A stretch of 64,000 nucleotides of DNA from Candidatus Adlerbacteria bacterium RIFOXYC1_FULL_48_26 (lineage in GTDB: Bacteria > Patescibacteriota > Minisyncoccia > Phycocordibacterales > SBAW01): contig MEXB01000004.1 of the NCBI GenBank assembly GCA_001773575.1, positions 10,217-74,216 of the forward strand. The letters run 5' to 3'. The notes below the pieces were generated by a model, which saw only the letters and a program-made list of their open reading frames with translations, searched no databases and was not told the DNA's origin. Positions 1-9,875 of this stretch are shown one piece after another (within the stretch, counting starts at the first letter, position 1; each line of letters opens with the position of its first letter). The translations under genes were made by a program, and so were the position numbers.

Positions 1-201
1 GCAGGCATACTTCGCGATTCCGCAGATGAATTTATCGACATGGGTGAAAATCCTCGCAACTATCTCATCAACTACCGTGGCGGGGGAGGCAAAGGCTTCT
101 CCATCCCAGGTTTTGGCCACCAAACCAAACCTTCGGAAGACGAAGGCGTCGATGTAGGTCAAGAAATCTACGACGACAGCGACCCGGACGAAGATAAATA
201 A
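1..201 (+). CDS. 3' end of a probable NYN/LabA-domain protein (partial)
   Basis: Frame 1 is open from base 1 to TAA at 199-201 (AGILRDSADEFIDMG...). The 'L..sADEFIDL'-type ending fits NYN domains, and NYN genes precede pnp in Parcubacteria. Confidence 0.6.
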   Translation, partial: AGILRDSADEFIDMGENPRNYLINYRGGGGKGFSIPGFGHQTKPSEDEGVDVGQEIYDDSDPDEDK

Positions 202-204
202 GCA

Positions 205-236
205 CAAAACACCGACTAGAAATAGTCGGTGTTTTG
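205..236 (+). terminator. Intrinsic terminator
   Basis: CAAAACACCGACTA-GAAA-TAGTCGGTGTTTTG, a perfect 14-bp stem right after the stop. Confidence 0.8.
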
Positions 237-248
237 CATTACAGTGTC

Positions 249-335
249 TATATATAAGTAAGCGCGAAGGGCACGGATACGTAGGCCTTCTCTATATAGA
301 AAGGAGACCTAACATTCGTGAACTTCGCATATATA
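249..335 (+). promoter_or_regulatory. Long imperfect stem-loop in the pnp leader
   Basis: Nested pairings TATATA/TATATA, GCGAAG/CTTCGC, CACGGAT/ATTCGTG, TAGG/CCTA, CCTT/AAGG, TCT-ATAT-AGA, ending 4 nt before the ATG. Confidence 0.6.
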
Positions 336-339
336 AGGT

Positions 340-2571
340 ATGCAATCAAAGAAGTTCGAAACACAGATAGGCGGCAAAACATTGTCTGCCGAGTTTACTG
401 ACCTAGCAGAAAACGCGAATGGTTCGGTCATTGTCCGTTATGGCAACACAGCGTTGCTCGCAACAGCTGTTATCTCATCACGCACACGCGATGACATCGA
501 CTATTTCCCATTAAGCGTTGAGTTCGAGGAACGCTACTACGCAGCAGGTTCTATCGGCGGCTCTCGCTTTGTTCGCCGCGAAGGCCGCCCATCTGAGGCA
601 GCAATCCTTTCTGGCCGTGTTGTTGACCGAACCATTCGTCCTCTTTTCCCTCAACACCTCCGCAACGAAGTGCAGGTGATTATCACTATGTTGGCTCTCG
701 ATGAAGAAGACCCAGCAGCTGTGGCAGTAAATGCTGCATCACTTGCCCTCGCAACTTCTGACATCCCATGGGGCGGCCCAGTAGCCGCAGTTCGTATCGG
801 CAAAAAGAGCGACGGAGATTTTATCGTCAACCCTACATATATAGAACGCCAAAGCCCTGAAACTGTTTTGGATATTTTGGCCTGCGGTAAGGGCGGCACC
901 ATAAACATGATCGAGGTTGGCGCACAGCAAGTTACTGAAGATGATATTGCCGCGGGGTTTGTACGCGCATCTGCTGAACACGACAAGATCGTGGAGTGGC
1001 AAAACAAGATTGTTGCAGAAATAGGGAAGCAGAAGCGCGACGCTGCAAAACCGGAAATTCCAGCTGCTTTGAGCGAACTCTTTGAAACTGAATTTAAACA
1101 AAAACTAAGCGAGGCAGTGTTCTGCGGCGTGCCTAGCAAAGACGCTATTCACGAAGTACAGGATGCGTGGATGGCCAAAGTTAAACTTTTGGCTGCGCAG
1201 AACCTTTCCAGCGGTTCTGGTGAACCGGGAGAAGCTTCTACTTCGCCGTCACAAATAAATATTGGACAAGCAAAGCGTTTTCTTGAAGATAAAGTGGATG
1301 AAGAAATTCACCGCGGCGCCGTAGAAGAAAACAAGCGTGCGGATAATCGCAAGTTTGACGAAGTGCGCCCTCTGTTTGCAAAAGCAGGTGGCGTTTCTGA
1401 CATCTTGCACGGCTCAGGTATTTTCTATCGCGGAGGCACTCACGTATTTTCAGCGCTCACACTCGGTGGCCCTGGTGACTCACAAGTTATTGATTCAATG
1501 GAAGAACATGATGTTAAAAAACGCTTCATGCACCACTACAACTTTCCTCCATACTCTGCCGGAGAAACTGGACGTGTTGGTGGATTGAACCGCCGCATGA
1601 TTGGCCACGGAGCACTCGCAGAAAAAGCACTCGAAGCAGTGATCCCATCTGTTGAACAATTCCCATACACAATTCGTGTCGTCTCTGAATGTCTTGCAAG
1701 TAACGGTTCTACATCGATGGGTTCTGTCTGCGCATCAACGCTCGCACTTATGGATGGAGGTGTTCCGTTGAAAGCTCCCGTTGCCGGCATCGCGATGGGT
1801 CTCATGCTTTCAATGAACGGCGATGGTCGTTACAAAGTTCTCACAGACATCCAAGGACCTGAAGACGAATTCGGCGACATGGACTTTAAAGTCGCAGGTA
1901 CACGCGCTGGAGTTACTGCAATCCAGATGGACATCAAACTCGATGGAGTACCTGTACCTATTTTGGTTGAAGCACTCGCAGGAGCAAAAGTAGCACGCCT
2001 ACATATCCTCGATGTTATCGAAAAAGAAATTTCTACACCACGCGCAACCATCAACTCTCGAGCTCCAGAAATAATCACGATGAATGTTCACCCTGACCAA
2101 ATTGGTTTGGTTATCGGTGGGGGAGGAAAGACCATCAACGGCATCAAGGACACAACAAAGGTTAGCGATATCACTATCGAAGATGATGGTTCTATTTTCA
2201 TCACTGGCAAAAACGGCACAGCGCAGATGGCAAAGACTATGATCGAAGCGCTCGTAAAAGAATACAAAGCAGGCGAGATGTATGAAGGTGAGGTAACACG
2301 CATGATGGACTTCGGCGCCTTCGTACGCATCGGTCCAGGAAAAGATGCGGAAGGTCTCGTACACGTTTCTGAAGTTGCACCATTCCGTATCGACACAATT
2401 GCTGGCGCACTTTCTGTTGGAGATAAAGTGCGGGTTATGATTAAGGAGATAGACGAGAAAGGCCGTCTGAACCTGTCCATAAAAGCTGCTGACCCTGACT
2501 TCGCAGCGCGCAAAGGTCTAACACCGTCTACCCAACCAAATGGCCCAAGATCCTCAGGACCAAAATTCTAA
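340..2571 (+). CDS. pnp: Polyribonucleotide nucleotidyltransferase (PNPase)
   Basis: RREGRP, HYNFPPYS, SNGSTSMGSVC and DMDFKVAG motifs; KH and S1 domains at the C-terminus. Confidence 0.98.
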   Translation: MQSKKFETQIGGKTLSAEFTDLAENANGSVIVRYGNTALLATAVISSRTRDDIDYFPLSVEFEERYYAAGSIGGSRFVRREGRPSEAAILSGRVVDRTIRPLFPQHLRNEVQVIITMLALDEEDPAAVAVNAASLALATSDIPWGGPVAAVRIGKKSDGDFIVNPTYIERQSPETVLDILACGKGGTINMIEVGAQQVTEDDIAAGFVRASAEHDKIVEWQNKIVAEIGKQKRDAAKPEIPAALSELFETEFKQKLSEAVFCGVPSKDAIHEVQDAWMAKVKLLAAQNLSSGSGEPGEASTSPSQINIGQAKRFLEDKVDEEIHRGAVEENKRADNRKFDEVRPLFAKAGGVSDILHGSGIFYRGGTHVFSALTLGGPGDSQVIDSMEEHDVKKRFMHHYNFPPYSAGETGRVGGLNRRMIGHGALAEKALEAVIPSVEQFPYTIRVVSECLASNGSTSMGSVCASTLALMDGGVPLKAPVAGIAMGLMLSMNGDGRYKVLTDIQGPEDEFGDMDFKVAGTRAGVTAIQMDIKLDGVPVPILVEALAGAKVARLHILDVIEKEISTPRATINSRAPEIITMNVHPDQIGLVIGGGGKTINGIKDTTKVSDITIEDDGSIFITGKNGTAQMAKTMIEALVKEYKAGEMYEGEVTRMMDFGAFVRIGPGKDAEGLVHVSEVAPFRIDTIAGALSVGDKVRVMIKEIDEKGRLNLSIKAADPDFAARKGLTPSTQPNGPRSSGPKF
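1191..1247 (-). repeat. Palindromic element family A, copy 1 (57 bp, in-frame in pnp)
   Basis: Reverse complement reads GGC-GAA-GTAGAA...CGGTTCACCAGAACCG...TTCTGC-GCA-GCC. It encodes AAQNLSSGSGEPGEASTSP in the PNPase helical domain. Confidence 0.75.
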
Positions 2572-3760
2572 AAATAGTTTAGACCTCAATAATATTCTGC
2601 TTCCAAAAAAGGACGCTCCTTCTGTCGACTCAGCACAGCGTGTTGATGCAGGAACTCTCATGCAGCAGGAACAAGCGGCGACTCTTCAGCCTCCGGTTTC
2701 TTCCAGTGATTCTGTTTCACGCCCTCCTGTAACCCACTCCCCGCAGGAAGGCATCGCTCCTCTGCAGACGTTTCAGGGTGATATCGCGAGTGCGATTGGG
2801 AATAAAGGCGTGTCCGTAGTCTCAATAGCCGCAGCAGAAGCTAATCGGCGCGGAACATTGCCTGTTTCACAGGACGCTCAAATAACAAACACACCAGCGC
2901 CTCATACGCTTCGTAACATCGTCTTCGCAGTTATCGGTTTGCTATTTGTAGCTGGCGCTGTCGGCGCTCTTACCTACATTGTAATGCTGAACGCACCGCT
3001 TCCGCAACAGCAAGCTGGTGTTGCACCATTCATTGCAATCGACAGCACCAACACAGTTTCTGTGGAACAAACCGTCAAAGCTCCGGGTCTTATGCAACGT
3101 CTCGTTTCAGCAAAAAATTCTGTTTCAATTTCATTGGGATTAGTCGCCCAGCTGTACGTAGAACAGAGCGGCACCAGCACTGAAGCGCAGCCAACATATA
3201 TGAGCGCTCAGACACTGCTCTCTACCCTCGCGTCAGGAGCGCCGGAAACTTTGGTGCGCGACGTTTCACCAATCTATCTTCTTGGGGTGCACTCGTTCGG
3301 AGTCAATCAACCCTTCCTGATTTTGAAAGTTGATTCATACGCGCAAGGATATGCCGGAATGCTTACGTGGGAAAAAACAATGAAGAAAGATCTTGCGCCA
3401 CTCTTCACCTACGTACCTGCTCCAAAGATCGGAATGCCGAAGCAGAACCCGGCTGCGGAGCCGAAGATCGACGCAGAGGGTTCTGCGCAGGCTCTCACGT
3501 CAGCATCCTCAACTGCCACTTCGACTCCGATCGTAGCTACCTCTACTCCGGAAGTACCCCCTCTTCAAACTGGTTTCACGGATGCCATAGTACAAAATCA
3601 TGACGCGCGAGTTACGACAGACAAATATGGAACTATAGATTTCTTGTGGACCTTCCTCGACCGACAGACTCTGGTTATCACAACAAACCCTGACACCTTG
3701 CGTGAAATTATTACCCGCCTTAAGCAGGCACCCATCCTCTATAAGTCAACTTCTCAATAA
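2540..3760 (+). CDS. Hypothetical single-pass membrane protein
   Basis: 406-aa ORF with one TM segment (IVFAVIGLLFVAGAVGALTYIVML), overlapping the pnp end. Confidence 0.85.
   Translation: MAQDPQDQNSKNSLDLNNILLPKKDAPSVDSAQRVDAGTLMQQEQAATLQPPVSSSDSVSRPPVTHSPQEGIAPLQTFQGDIASAIGNKGVSVVSIAAAEANRRGTLPVSQDAQITNTPAPHTLRNIVFAVIGLLFVAGAVGALTYIVMLNAPLPQQQAGVAPFIAIDSTNTVSVEQTVKAPGLMQRLVSAKNSVSISLGLVAQLYVEQSGTSTEAQPTYMSAQTLLSTLASGAPETLVRDVSPIYLLGVHSFGVNQPFLILKVDSYAQGYAGMLTWEKTMKKDLAPLFTYVPAPKIGMPKQNPAAEPKIDAEGSAQALTSASSTATSTPIVATSTPEVPPLQTGFTDAIVQNHDARVTTDKYGTIDFLWTFLDRQTLVITTNPDTLREIITRLKQAPILYKSTSQ
3436..3492 (+). repeat. Palindromic element family A, copy 2 (57 bp, in-frame)
   Basis: GCCGAAGCAGAACCC...GGGTTCTGCGCAGGC; 53/57 identical to 16475-16531. 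Confidence 0.9.
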
Positions 3761-3787
3761 CCTGGAGTTTGGTATTATGCTCAGTAT

Positions 3788-4165
3788 ATGAATATCGAAA
3801 ACGTTTCACATTTTAAACAAAAGTTAGAAGACGAGTTGCTCGAGGTTGAAGACCGTTTGAAAGCAGCCGGCATGCAGAACGAAGCAGGTGAGTGGGAAGT
3901 GCGTGATACTGACATCGACGAAACAGCGACTGAGCCTGATGAACTTGCTGACCGCATGGAAGAGTATGGAGAAAAGAAAGCCGAAGTTGGCGAGATAGAA
4001 ATTCACTGGCGCAACATTGAACGCGCGATTGAAAAAATCGAACTTGGTACATACGGCGCATGCGAGGTGTGCGGCGAAACAATCGAAGAAAATCGTCTTG
4101 AAATAAATCCATCTGCGCGCACCTGCCAAACACACATGGACGACGAAGCGACTCTGCCTGCGTAA
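3788..4165 (+). CDS. TraR/DksA C4-type zinc finger protein
   Basis: Coiled coil followed by GTYGACEVCGETIEENRLEINPSARTC. Confidence 0.9.
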   Translation: MNIENVSHFKQKLEDELLEVEDRLKAAGMQNEAGEWEVRDTDIDETATEPDELADRMEEYGEKKAEVGEIEIHWRNIERAIEKIELGTYGACEVCGETIEENRLEINPSARTCQTHMDDEATLPA

Positions 4166-4183
4166 TATAAATTTTATTTTTTC

Positions 4184-4214
4184 AATACCTCGGGACTAAG
4201 TTTCCCGAGGTATT
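4184..4214 (+). terminator. Intrinsic terminator
   Basis: AATACCTCGGGA-CTAAGTT-TCCCGAGGTATT followed by TGTTTTT. Confidence 0.75.
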
Positions 4215-4234
4215 TGTTTTTATACACTAGGTGC

Positions 4235-5794
4235 ATGCAATATGCGCGCGTATACGGAGCCCAAACTTCGCTCCTAACTCCACATATTGTTTCGGTGGAA
4301 ACTGATCTCTCTAGAGGACTACACTCATTCACTATCGTCGGTCTTCCAGACAAAGCTGTAGAGGAAAGTCGCGACAGGGTAGCGGCGGCTATTAAACATT
4401 CTGGTTTTGATTCTCCCAAAAGCAGAAACCAGAGAATCGTAATTTCACTCGCGCCAGCAGACCTACGTAAAGAAGGGCCAATGTTTGACCTCGCCATCGC
4501 GCTTTCATATCTACTTGCCGCTGATGATATTCGTTTCGATCCAGAACATTATTTGTTTGTTGGAGAACTTTCTCTTGATGGGAACCTTCAGCCGGTGCGA
4601 GGGATTTTGCCGCTTGTCGCCGAAGCAAAGCGGAAGGGGAAGCGCGCCATATTTGTTCCAAAGAAAAACGAGAGGGAAGCGGCACTTGTAAGTGGGATCG
4701 AAGTGTACGGGGCAAATACGTTAGGAGAAGTTGTTGACCATGTAAACGAGAAATCCCGACGCTCCGGAGGAGGTCGGGATCCCGACCAAAGCGTCGGGAA
4801 AAGGCTCGAACCGACTCCACCCACAAAATTAGAGCCTTCCCTCCAAGAATCACAATTCGCGTTCGAAGATATCCGCGGGCAGGAGAGCGCAAAGCGCGCA
4901 GCCATCATTGCTGCAGCGGGCGGACACAACCTAGGGCTTAGTGGGCCACCCGGCACAGGCAAAACAATGTTGGCACGAGCTCTTGCCTCAGTCCTTCCTC
5001 CACTGTCGTTTGATGAAGTGCTTGAAGTAAATAGTATTCATTCCGTTGCGGGCGTATTACATGAAAAACTTTTAACCGTGCCTCCGTTCCGGGCACCCCA
5101 TCACACAGCAAGCTATGTTTCTATCGTAGGAGGAGGCAGTAATGTACGCCCAGGCGAGGTAACACTCGCGCATCGTGGCGTTTTATTTTTGGATGAATTT
5201 CCAGAATTTGATAGGCGGCTTATTGAAGCTCTACGTCAACCACTCGAAGATAGGGTTATTGCTGTTGCACGTGCAAAAGGCACAGCAGTATTTCCAGCAC
5301 GTTTCACCTTAGTCGCGGCAATGAACCCCTGCCCATGCGGCAACTATGGCCACCCGGACGTTGCCTGCACCTGTAGCCCTATGTCGCTTGAACGGTATAG
5401 AAGAAAAATTTCAGGACCTATAGCGGACCGCATAGATCTTTGGATTGTTATGGGGCCAGTAGATTTACCAGAACTTGGAAAAAAATCTGTGCGGGGCACA
5501 GAGACAGAAGCGGCGCGGACACAAGTGCTCGACGCCCGCGCAATGCAGCATGCACGCTATGGCACAGCGAAAACAAATAGTGATCTTTCGCCGCGCGAGT
5601 TAGAAAATTTTGTTCCGCTTACCGCAGGCGCCAGGGCAACATTAGAAAAAGCGGGGCAGAGGCTTTCGCTCTCTCCCCGCGCATTTCACCGTGTTATAAA
5701 AGTCGCTCGCACTATTGCAGACCTCGATGGTTCCCCCGACATTAACGAATCACACATCCTCGAAGCTCTGCAGTATCGACAACGGAAAACCTAG
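4235..5794 (+). CDS. comM: YifB/ComM family Mg-chelatase-like AAA+ ATPase
   Basis: IVGLPDKAVEESRDRV, Walker A GPPGTGKT, RAPHHTAS, LFLDEFPEF and AMNPCPCG. Start set at ATG 4235, 6 nt after TACACT. Confidence 0.95.
   Translation: MQYARVYGAQTSLLTPHIVSVETDLSRGLHSFTIVGLPDKAVEESRDRVAAAIKHSGFDSPKSRNQRIVISLAPADLRKEGPMFDLAIALSYLLAADDIRFDPEHYLFVGELSLDGNLQPVRGILPLVAEAKRKGKRAIFVPKKNEREAALVSGIEVYGANTLGEVVDHVNEKSRRSGGGRDPDQSVGKRLEPTPPTKLEPSLQESQFAFEDIRGQESAKRAAIIAAAGGHNLGLSGPPGTGKTMLARALASVLPPLSFDEVLEVNSIHSVAGVLHEKLLTVPPFRAPHHTASYVSIVGGGSNVRPGEVTLAHRGVLFLDEFPEFDRRLIEALRQPLEDRVIAVARAKGTAVFPARFTLVAAMNPCPCGNYGHPDVACTCSPMSLERYRRKISGPIADRIDLWIVMGPVDLPELGKKSVRGTETEAARTQVLDARAMQHARYGTAKTNSDLSPRELENFVPLTAGARATLEKAGQRLSLSPRAFHRVIKVARTIADLDGSPDINESHILEALQYRQRKT
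4754..4799. repeat. Double-hairpin element family B, copy 1 (inside comM, ORF stays open)
   Basis: TCCCGAC-N12-GTCGGGA-TCCCGAC-N6-GTCGGGA; encodes SRRSGGGRDPDQSVG. Confidence 0.85.
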
Positions 5795-5795
5795 A

Positions 5796-6884
5796 CTAAT
5801 ACCCTACGCCAACCTTAAGGCTTGCGAATGGGTTTGTAGCACCGCGGACTTCGAAGTGGAGGTGGAAGCCGGTAGATTGACCAGTGGAGCCGACTTTGCC
5901 GATAACTTCACCCTGGTCAACTTGGGCACCAGGCGAGGTGAGCACTTTGCTCATGTGAGCATAGAGAGTTTGAGTTCCGTTTGGATGCTGGATAACTACG
6001 TAGCTTCCGTAACCGCCGTTCCATGCACCATTGCCGTTTGCGACGATGACAGTACCGCCCGCAGCTGCATAAATTGATGTTCCTTTTGGAGCACCAACAT
6101 CAACGCCGTTCCAACCGTGCAGTTTCTGTGTAATGACACCGCCTGCAACTGGCCATACGTAATATCCAGAGATAGATGGGCCAGAACCACCTAGATATGG
6201 TTCTTTTGTTTTACCGCTCGCAATATTTTTTATCTTAGTGGTGTTTGAATTTGATTTTGCAGGAGCTGGGGTCGAGAGCACGCCGTTTGGAATCAACAAT
6301 ACGTCACCAACAGTAAGAGCCTGTCCGTCAGCCAAATCGTTGTAGACCGCAATACCATGTGCGTCAGAGCTGTATTTCTTTGCCAACGACGACATGGTTT
6401 CTCCCTTAACAACTGTGTGTTGAATACCGGTGATAGGCAAAATGATAAGGGTCTGGCCTGGGCGTATCACGCCATTCTTAATATCGTTTGCTCCGATAAT
6501 GGTGTTTATTGAAACCTCGAACATATCGGCAATACCTGAAAGAGTGTCGCCTGGACGTACGGTGTAGACACTGATCTGCTGGTTTGTTGGCAAACTTTCA
6601 ATGTCAGCTGCTGTTCCAGAAGGCCCTTCCTGGGCGATAAGTGCTGAGCCATTAACTACAGTGATACCACCTCCACCAACCGAAGGGCTTGGGTCGAGGT
6701 TAACCGCTGGAGAAAGGAGGGTCATGCGCTGAGAATTGGAAGCTCCACCTGCCGCAACGCTTGTGGCAGCTGAACTATTCAAAAGGGAAGAAAAAATACT
6801 AGCGGAGGCTAGTATGGGCATACAAAACACAAAAGAGGCTGTGCTTAGGGTGAGCACGACCATAACGAACTTTTTAGCCTTCAA
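5796..6884 (-). CDS. LysM-domain M23 family peptidoglycan endopeptidase
   Basis: Two LysM repeats (YTVRPGDTLSGIA, HTVVKGETMSSLA) and M23 motifs NGVD, YAHM, STGFHLHFEV. Start codon uncertain. Confidence 0.93.
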   Translation of the reverse strand: MKAKKFVMVVLTLSTASFVFCMPILASASIFSSLLNSSAATSVAAGGASNSQRMTLLSPAVNLDPSPSVGGGGITVVNGSALIAQEGPSGTAADIESLPTNQQISVYTVRPGDTLSGIADMFEVSINTIIGANDIKNGVIRPGQTLIILPITGIQHTVVKGETMSSLAKKYSSDAHGIAVYNDLADGQALTVGDVLLIPNGVLSTPAPAKSNSNTTKIKNIASGKTKEPYLGGSGPSISGYYVWPVAGGVITQKLHGWNGVDVGAPKGTSIYAAAGGTVIVANGNGAWNGGYGSYVVIQHPNGTQTLYAHMSKVLTSPGAQVDQGEVIGKVGSTGQSTGFHLHFEVRGATNPFASLKVGVGY

Positions 6885-7000
6885 AGAAGGGGTTGTGGTG
6901 GGTTGCTTTAAGATAAGCCTATTGGGTCCTCGCCCTGCAGTTTCAGCAATTAAATGGCTTCGTTAAGCCACTTCATCTATCATTCATCAAGTACTATCTA

Positions 7001-7028
7001 ACTATATAAAAGGAGGGGGGAGGGTCAA
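7001..7028 (-). promoter_or_regulatory. Putative sigma70 promoter for the M23/LysM gene
   Basis: Minus strand TTGACC-N16-TATAGT. Confidence 0.5.
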
Positions 7029-7187
7029 CTTGACGATTTGGTATCTGTGGACAATGGTTGGGCTGGGCCGGAAATATCCTACCCCGTAAGGGTATATTTA
7101 GATGAAGATACCCTATTTACAGCTGAGCAAAGCTGTATCGTAGTATTAAAGTTAGGGGAATTGTGGGTCTCGGGGTACTTTATAGAG

Positions 7188-9083
7188 ATGTCTGTTCACG
7201 AAGGTCTTAATGATGCTCAAAAGGAGGCTGTTACCTCAACCAATGGTCCAATACTGGTCATTGCGGGTGCTGGAGCTGGGAAAACACGGGTTATCGCTCA
7301 TCGAATTTTAGAAATAGTGAACAAAGGTACGCCACCAGAGCAAATTTTAGCTATCACGTTTACCAACAAAGCTGCCTCAGAGATGCGCGAACGCGTTTTG
7401 GGTCTTGTTGGAGATGCCGGGGTGCCGTTTGTTTCTACATTCCACTCCCTTGGCCTACAGATCATTAAAGAGAATGCCAAGTTGCTTGGGTATAAACGCA
7501 CGCCTGTTATTTATGACAGAGGCGACTCCCTCCGAGAGATAAAAGCTGCTCTTAAGCAGATTGGTACTGAGGAGATTGAGCCTCGCTCGGCCCTAGGCAC
7601 CATCTCAAAACAAAAAGGGCAGGGGGTTACAACTGACACTTTTACCCAAAGTGCTGCAACGCCGCGTGACAGGCTTGTTGCGCAAGTATGGGTGATATAC
7701 GAACAGGCACTTAGAAAAGACGGGGCTGTTGATTTCGACGACCTACTCCTCCGCTCAATGTTGCTACTGCGCACAAACGAAGAGGTTCGCAAGCGATATC
7801 AAACTCGTTGGCGTTTTGTGCATATAGATGAGTACCAGGACACCAACTCAGTTCAAGCTGAGATGGCTGAGATGTTGATTGGGCCCGAACGTAATATTTG
7901 CGCGGTGGGGGACATAGACCAAACTATTTATGGATGGCGCGGCGCTGAGATTGCAAACATGCTTATGTTTGAAAAAAAGTTTCCTGGTGCAAAAATAATT
8001 TTGCTTGAAGAAAACTATCGTTCGACGAAGACGATTCTCGCTGCAGCAAACGAAGTTATTGCAAAAAATGTGTACCGACGCGAGAAAAATCTCTACACAA
8101 AAAATATTGATGGGGAACCACTCGGTATCTACCAAGCCTTCGATGAAACAGACGAGGCTGGTTTTATTGCACGAAAAGTAAAAGAAGGGATTATGGAAGG
8201 CAGGAAGCCAAAAGACTTCTGCGTACTTTACCGTGCAAACTTCCAATCACGCGCCATCGAAGAACAGCTGCTCGCTGCTGATATTCCATACCAAGTGTTG
8301 GGAACACGCTTCTTTGAACGCAAAGAGGTTAAAGACGTTTTGTCGTTTATAAAAACCGCGCTGTTTGAAACACCCGCAGACCTTGCCCGCATTGCAAACG
8401 TTCCACCGCGAGGCATAGGGAAGGTAACCCTGCTCAAACTTCTCAGTGGTAAAGAACAGGAACTTACAGGTGCCGTGCGTGAAAAAATTCATTCACTTCA
8501 TTTGCTTATACAAAAAATAAAAATGGGTGCAGAAGAATTAAAACCATCTGAACTTGTACGCTTTGTCATAACAGAGTCTGGTCTTGAGCGAATGATGCGA
8601 GAAGATAAACTTGAAGGGCCAGAGAGACTCGAGAACCTTCGTGAACTGGTTTCACTCGCAAGCCGCTACGACCACGTAGCAGTTCCTGGTGAAGGGCTCC
8701 AGCAGTTTCTTGAAAACGCAGCACTCCAAAGTGACCAAGATGAACTTAAACAAGATTCAAACGCAGTGCGTCTGATGACCGTCCATGCCTCAAAAGGCCT
8801 TGAGTTTCCGTATGTATTTATCACTGGCCTCGAAGAAGGTTTGTTCCCGTACGAACGTATGGGCGGAGATGGCGAAGATAGAGACGACGAAGAGGAACGC
8901 CGTTTGATGTACGTTGCCATAACTCGCGCAGAGAAAAAAGTATTTCTTACCTTTGCTTCATACCGCACTGTCTTTGGTTCAAAAAATTCCACCATCCCTT
9001 CAAAATTCCTTTCAGATATTTCAGACAGCCTCGTTTCGTGGGAAGCGCCTGAACGTATTGGCAGAACTATATATTTGGATTAG
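7188..9083 (+). CDS. pcrA: ATP-dependent DNA helicase PcrA/UvrD
   Basis: LNDAQ, AGAGAGKT, TFTNKAA, DEYQD, NYRST, MTVHASKGLEF and EERRLMYVAITRA motifs. Confidence 0.96.
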   Translation: MSVHEGLNDAQKEAVTSTNGPILVIAGAGAGKTRVIAHRILEIVNKGTPPEQILAITFTNKAASEMRERVLGLVGDAGVPFVSTFHSLGLQIIKENAKLLGYKRTPVIYDRGDSLREIKAALKQIGTEEIEPRSALGTISKQKGQGVTTDTFTQSAATPRDRLVAQVWVIYEQALRKDGAVDFDDLLLRSMLLLRTNEEVRKRYQTRWRFVHIDEYQDTNSVQAEMAEMLIGPERNICAVGDIDQTIYGWRGAEIANMLMFEKKFPGAKIILLEENYRSTKTILAAANEVIAKNVYRREKNLYTKNIDGEPLGIYQAFDETDEAGFIARKVKEGIMEGRKPKDFCVLYRANFQSRAIEEQLLAADIPYQVLGTRFFERKEVKDVLSFIKTALFETPADLARIANVPPRGIGKVTLLKLLSGKEQELTGAVREKIHSLHLLIQKIKMGAEELKPSELVRFVITESGLERMMREDKLEGPERLENLRELVSLASRYDHVAVPGEGLQQFLENAALQSDQDELKQDSNAVRLMTVHASKGLEFPYVFITGLEEGLFPYERMGGDGEDRDDEEERRLMYVAITRAEKKVFLTFASYRTVFGSKNSTIPSKFLSDISDSLVSWEAPERIGRTIYLD

Positions 9084-9098
9084 TGTGCATACAACGAT

Positions 9099-9875
9099 AT
9101 GTATAAGAAGAAATCACTCGGACAGAATTTTTTGAAAAGCCCGGCATATTTGCAGGCTATTGTTGATGCTGCCGGCGTGCAGAAGGGAGACTTGGTACTT
9201 GAGATTGGACCAGGAGAAGGCGCGCTTACAGAAGAAATCCTTGCGCGCGGAGCGACAGTGGTTGCAGTAGAAAAAGACCACAGGCTTATTCCTATGCTCC
9301 AAGTGACATTCGATAAACAAATTTACAGCAAACAACTTGAACTTATTGAAGCTGATGCGCTAGAACTTGAGGCAGAAAAATTAGTAGGGAAAAAAGAATT
9401 TAAATTAGTCGCAAATATTCCCTACTACATCACAGGAGCACTGCTTAAAAAATTCCTTTCAGAAGAAACTGTTCAACCAAGCACTCTTGTATTTTTAGTT
9501 CAAAAAGAAGTTGCTGAACGAATTGCCAAAAGTAAAAAAGAAAGTATTTTGTCGCTTTCAGTAAAAGTATATGGGGAAGTGGTGTATGTAAAAACTGTTC
9601 CGCGTGGCGCCTTCAGCCCAGCCCCAGACGTTGACTCTGCAATTTTGCTTGTTAAAGATGTTTCAAAAAAGAATTTTCAAAACGAAAAAGAAGAGCAGCG
9701 ATTCTTTACACTCGTACGCGCAGGCTTCTCACAAAAACGAAAGAAATTGAAAAACAACCTTACAGGCGTATTTGGTTCAGAAACTTCTGCACGCATGGAA
9801 GCTGCAGGTATTCCACAAGACGCACGCGCCGAAGACGTAGCGCTGGAGCAATGGCTTACGCTCACTAAGGTCTAG
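9099..9875 (+). CDS. rsmA: 16S rRNA m6,2A1518/1519 dimethyltransferase
   Basis: KKSLGQNFL, EIGPGEG, ANIPYYIT and PAPDVDSA motifs. Confidence 0.96.
   Translation: MYKKKSLGQNFLKSPAYLQAIVDAAGVQKGDLVLEIGPGEGALTEEILARGATVVAVEKDHRLIPMLQVTFDKQIYSKQLELIEADALELEAEKLVGKKEFKLVANIPYYITGALLKKFLSEETVQPSTLVFLVQKEVAERIAKSKKESILSLSVKVYGEVVYVKTVPRGAFSPAPDVDSAILLVKDVSKKNFQNEKEEQRFFTLVRAGFSQKRKKLKNNLTGVFGSETSARMEAAGIPQDARAEDVALEQWLTLTKV

Noticed and set aside
7046-7054. DnaA-box-like TGTGGACAA upstream of pcrA
   Set aside because: A single one-mismatch box is expected by chance in 64 kb.
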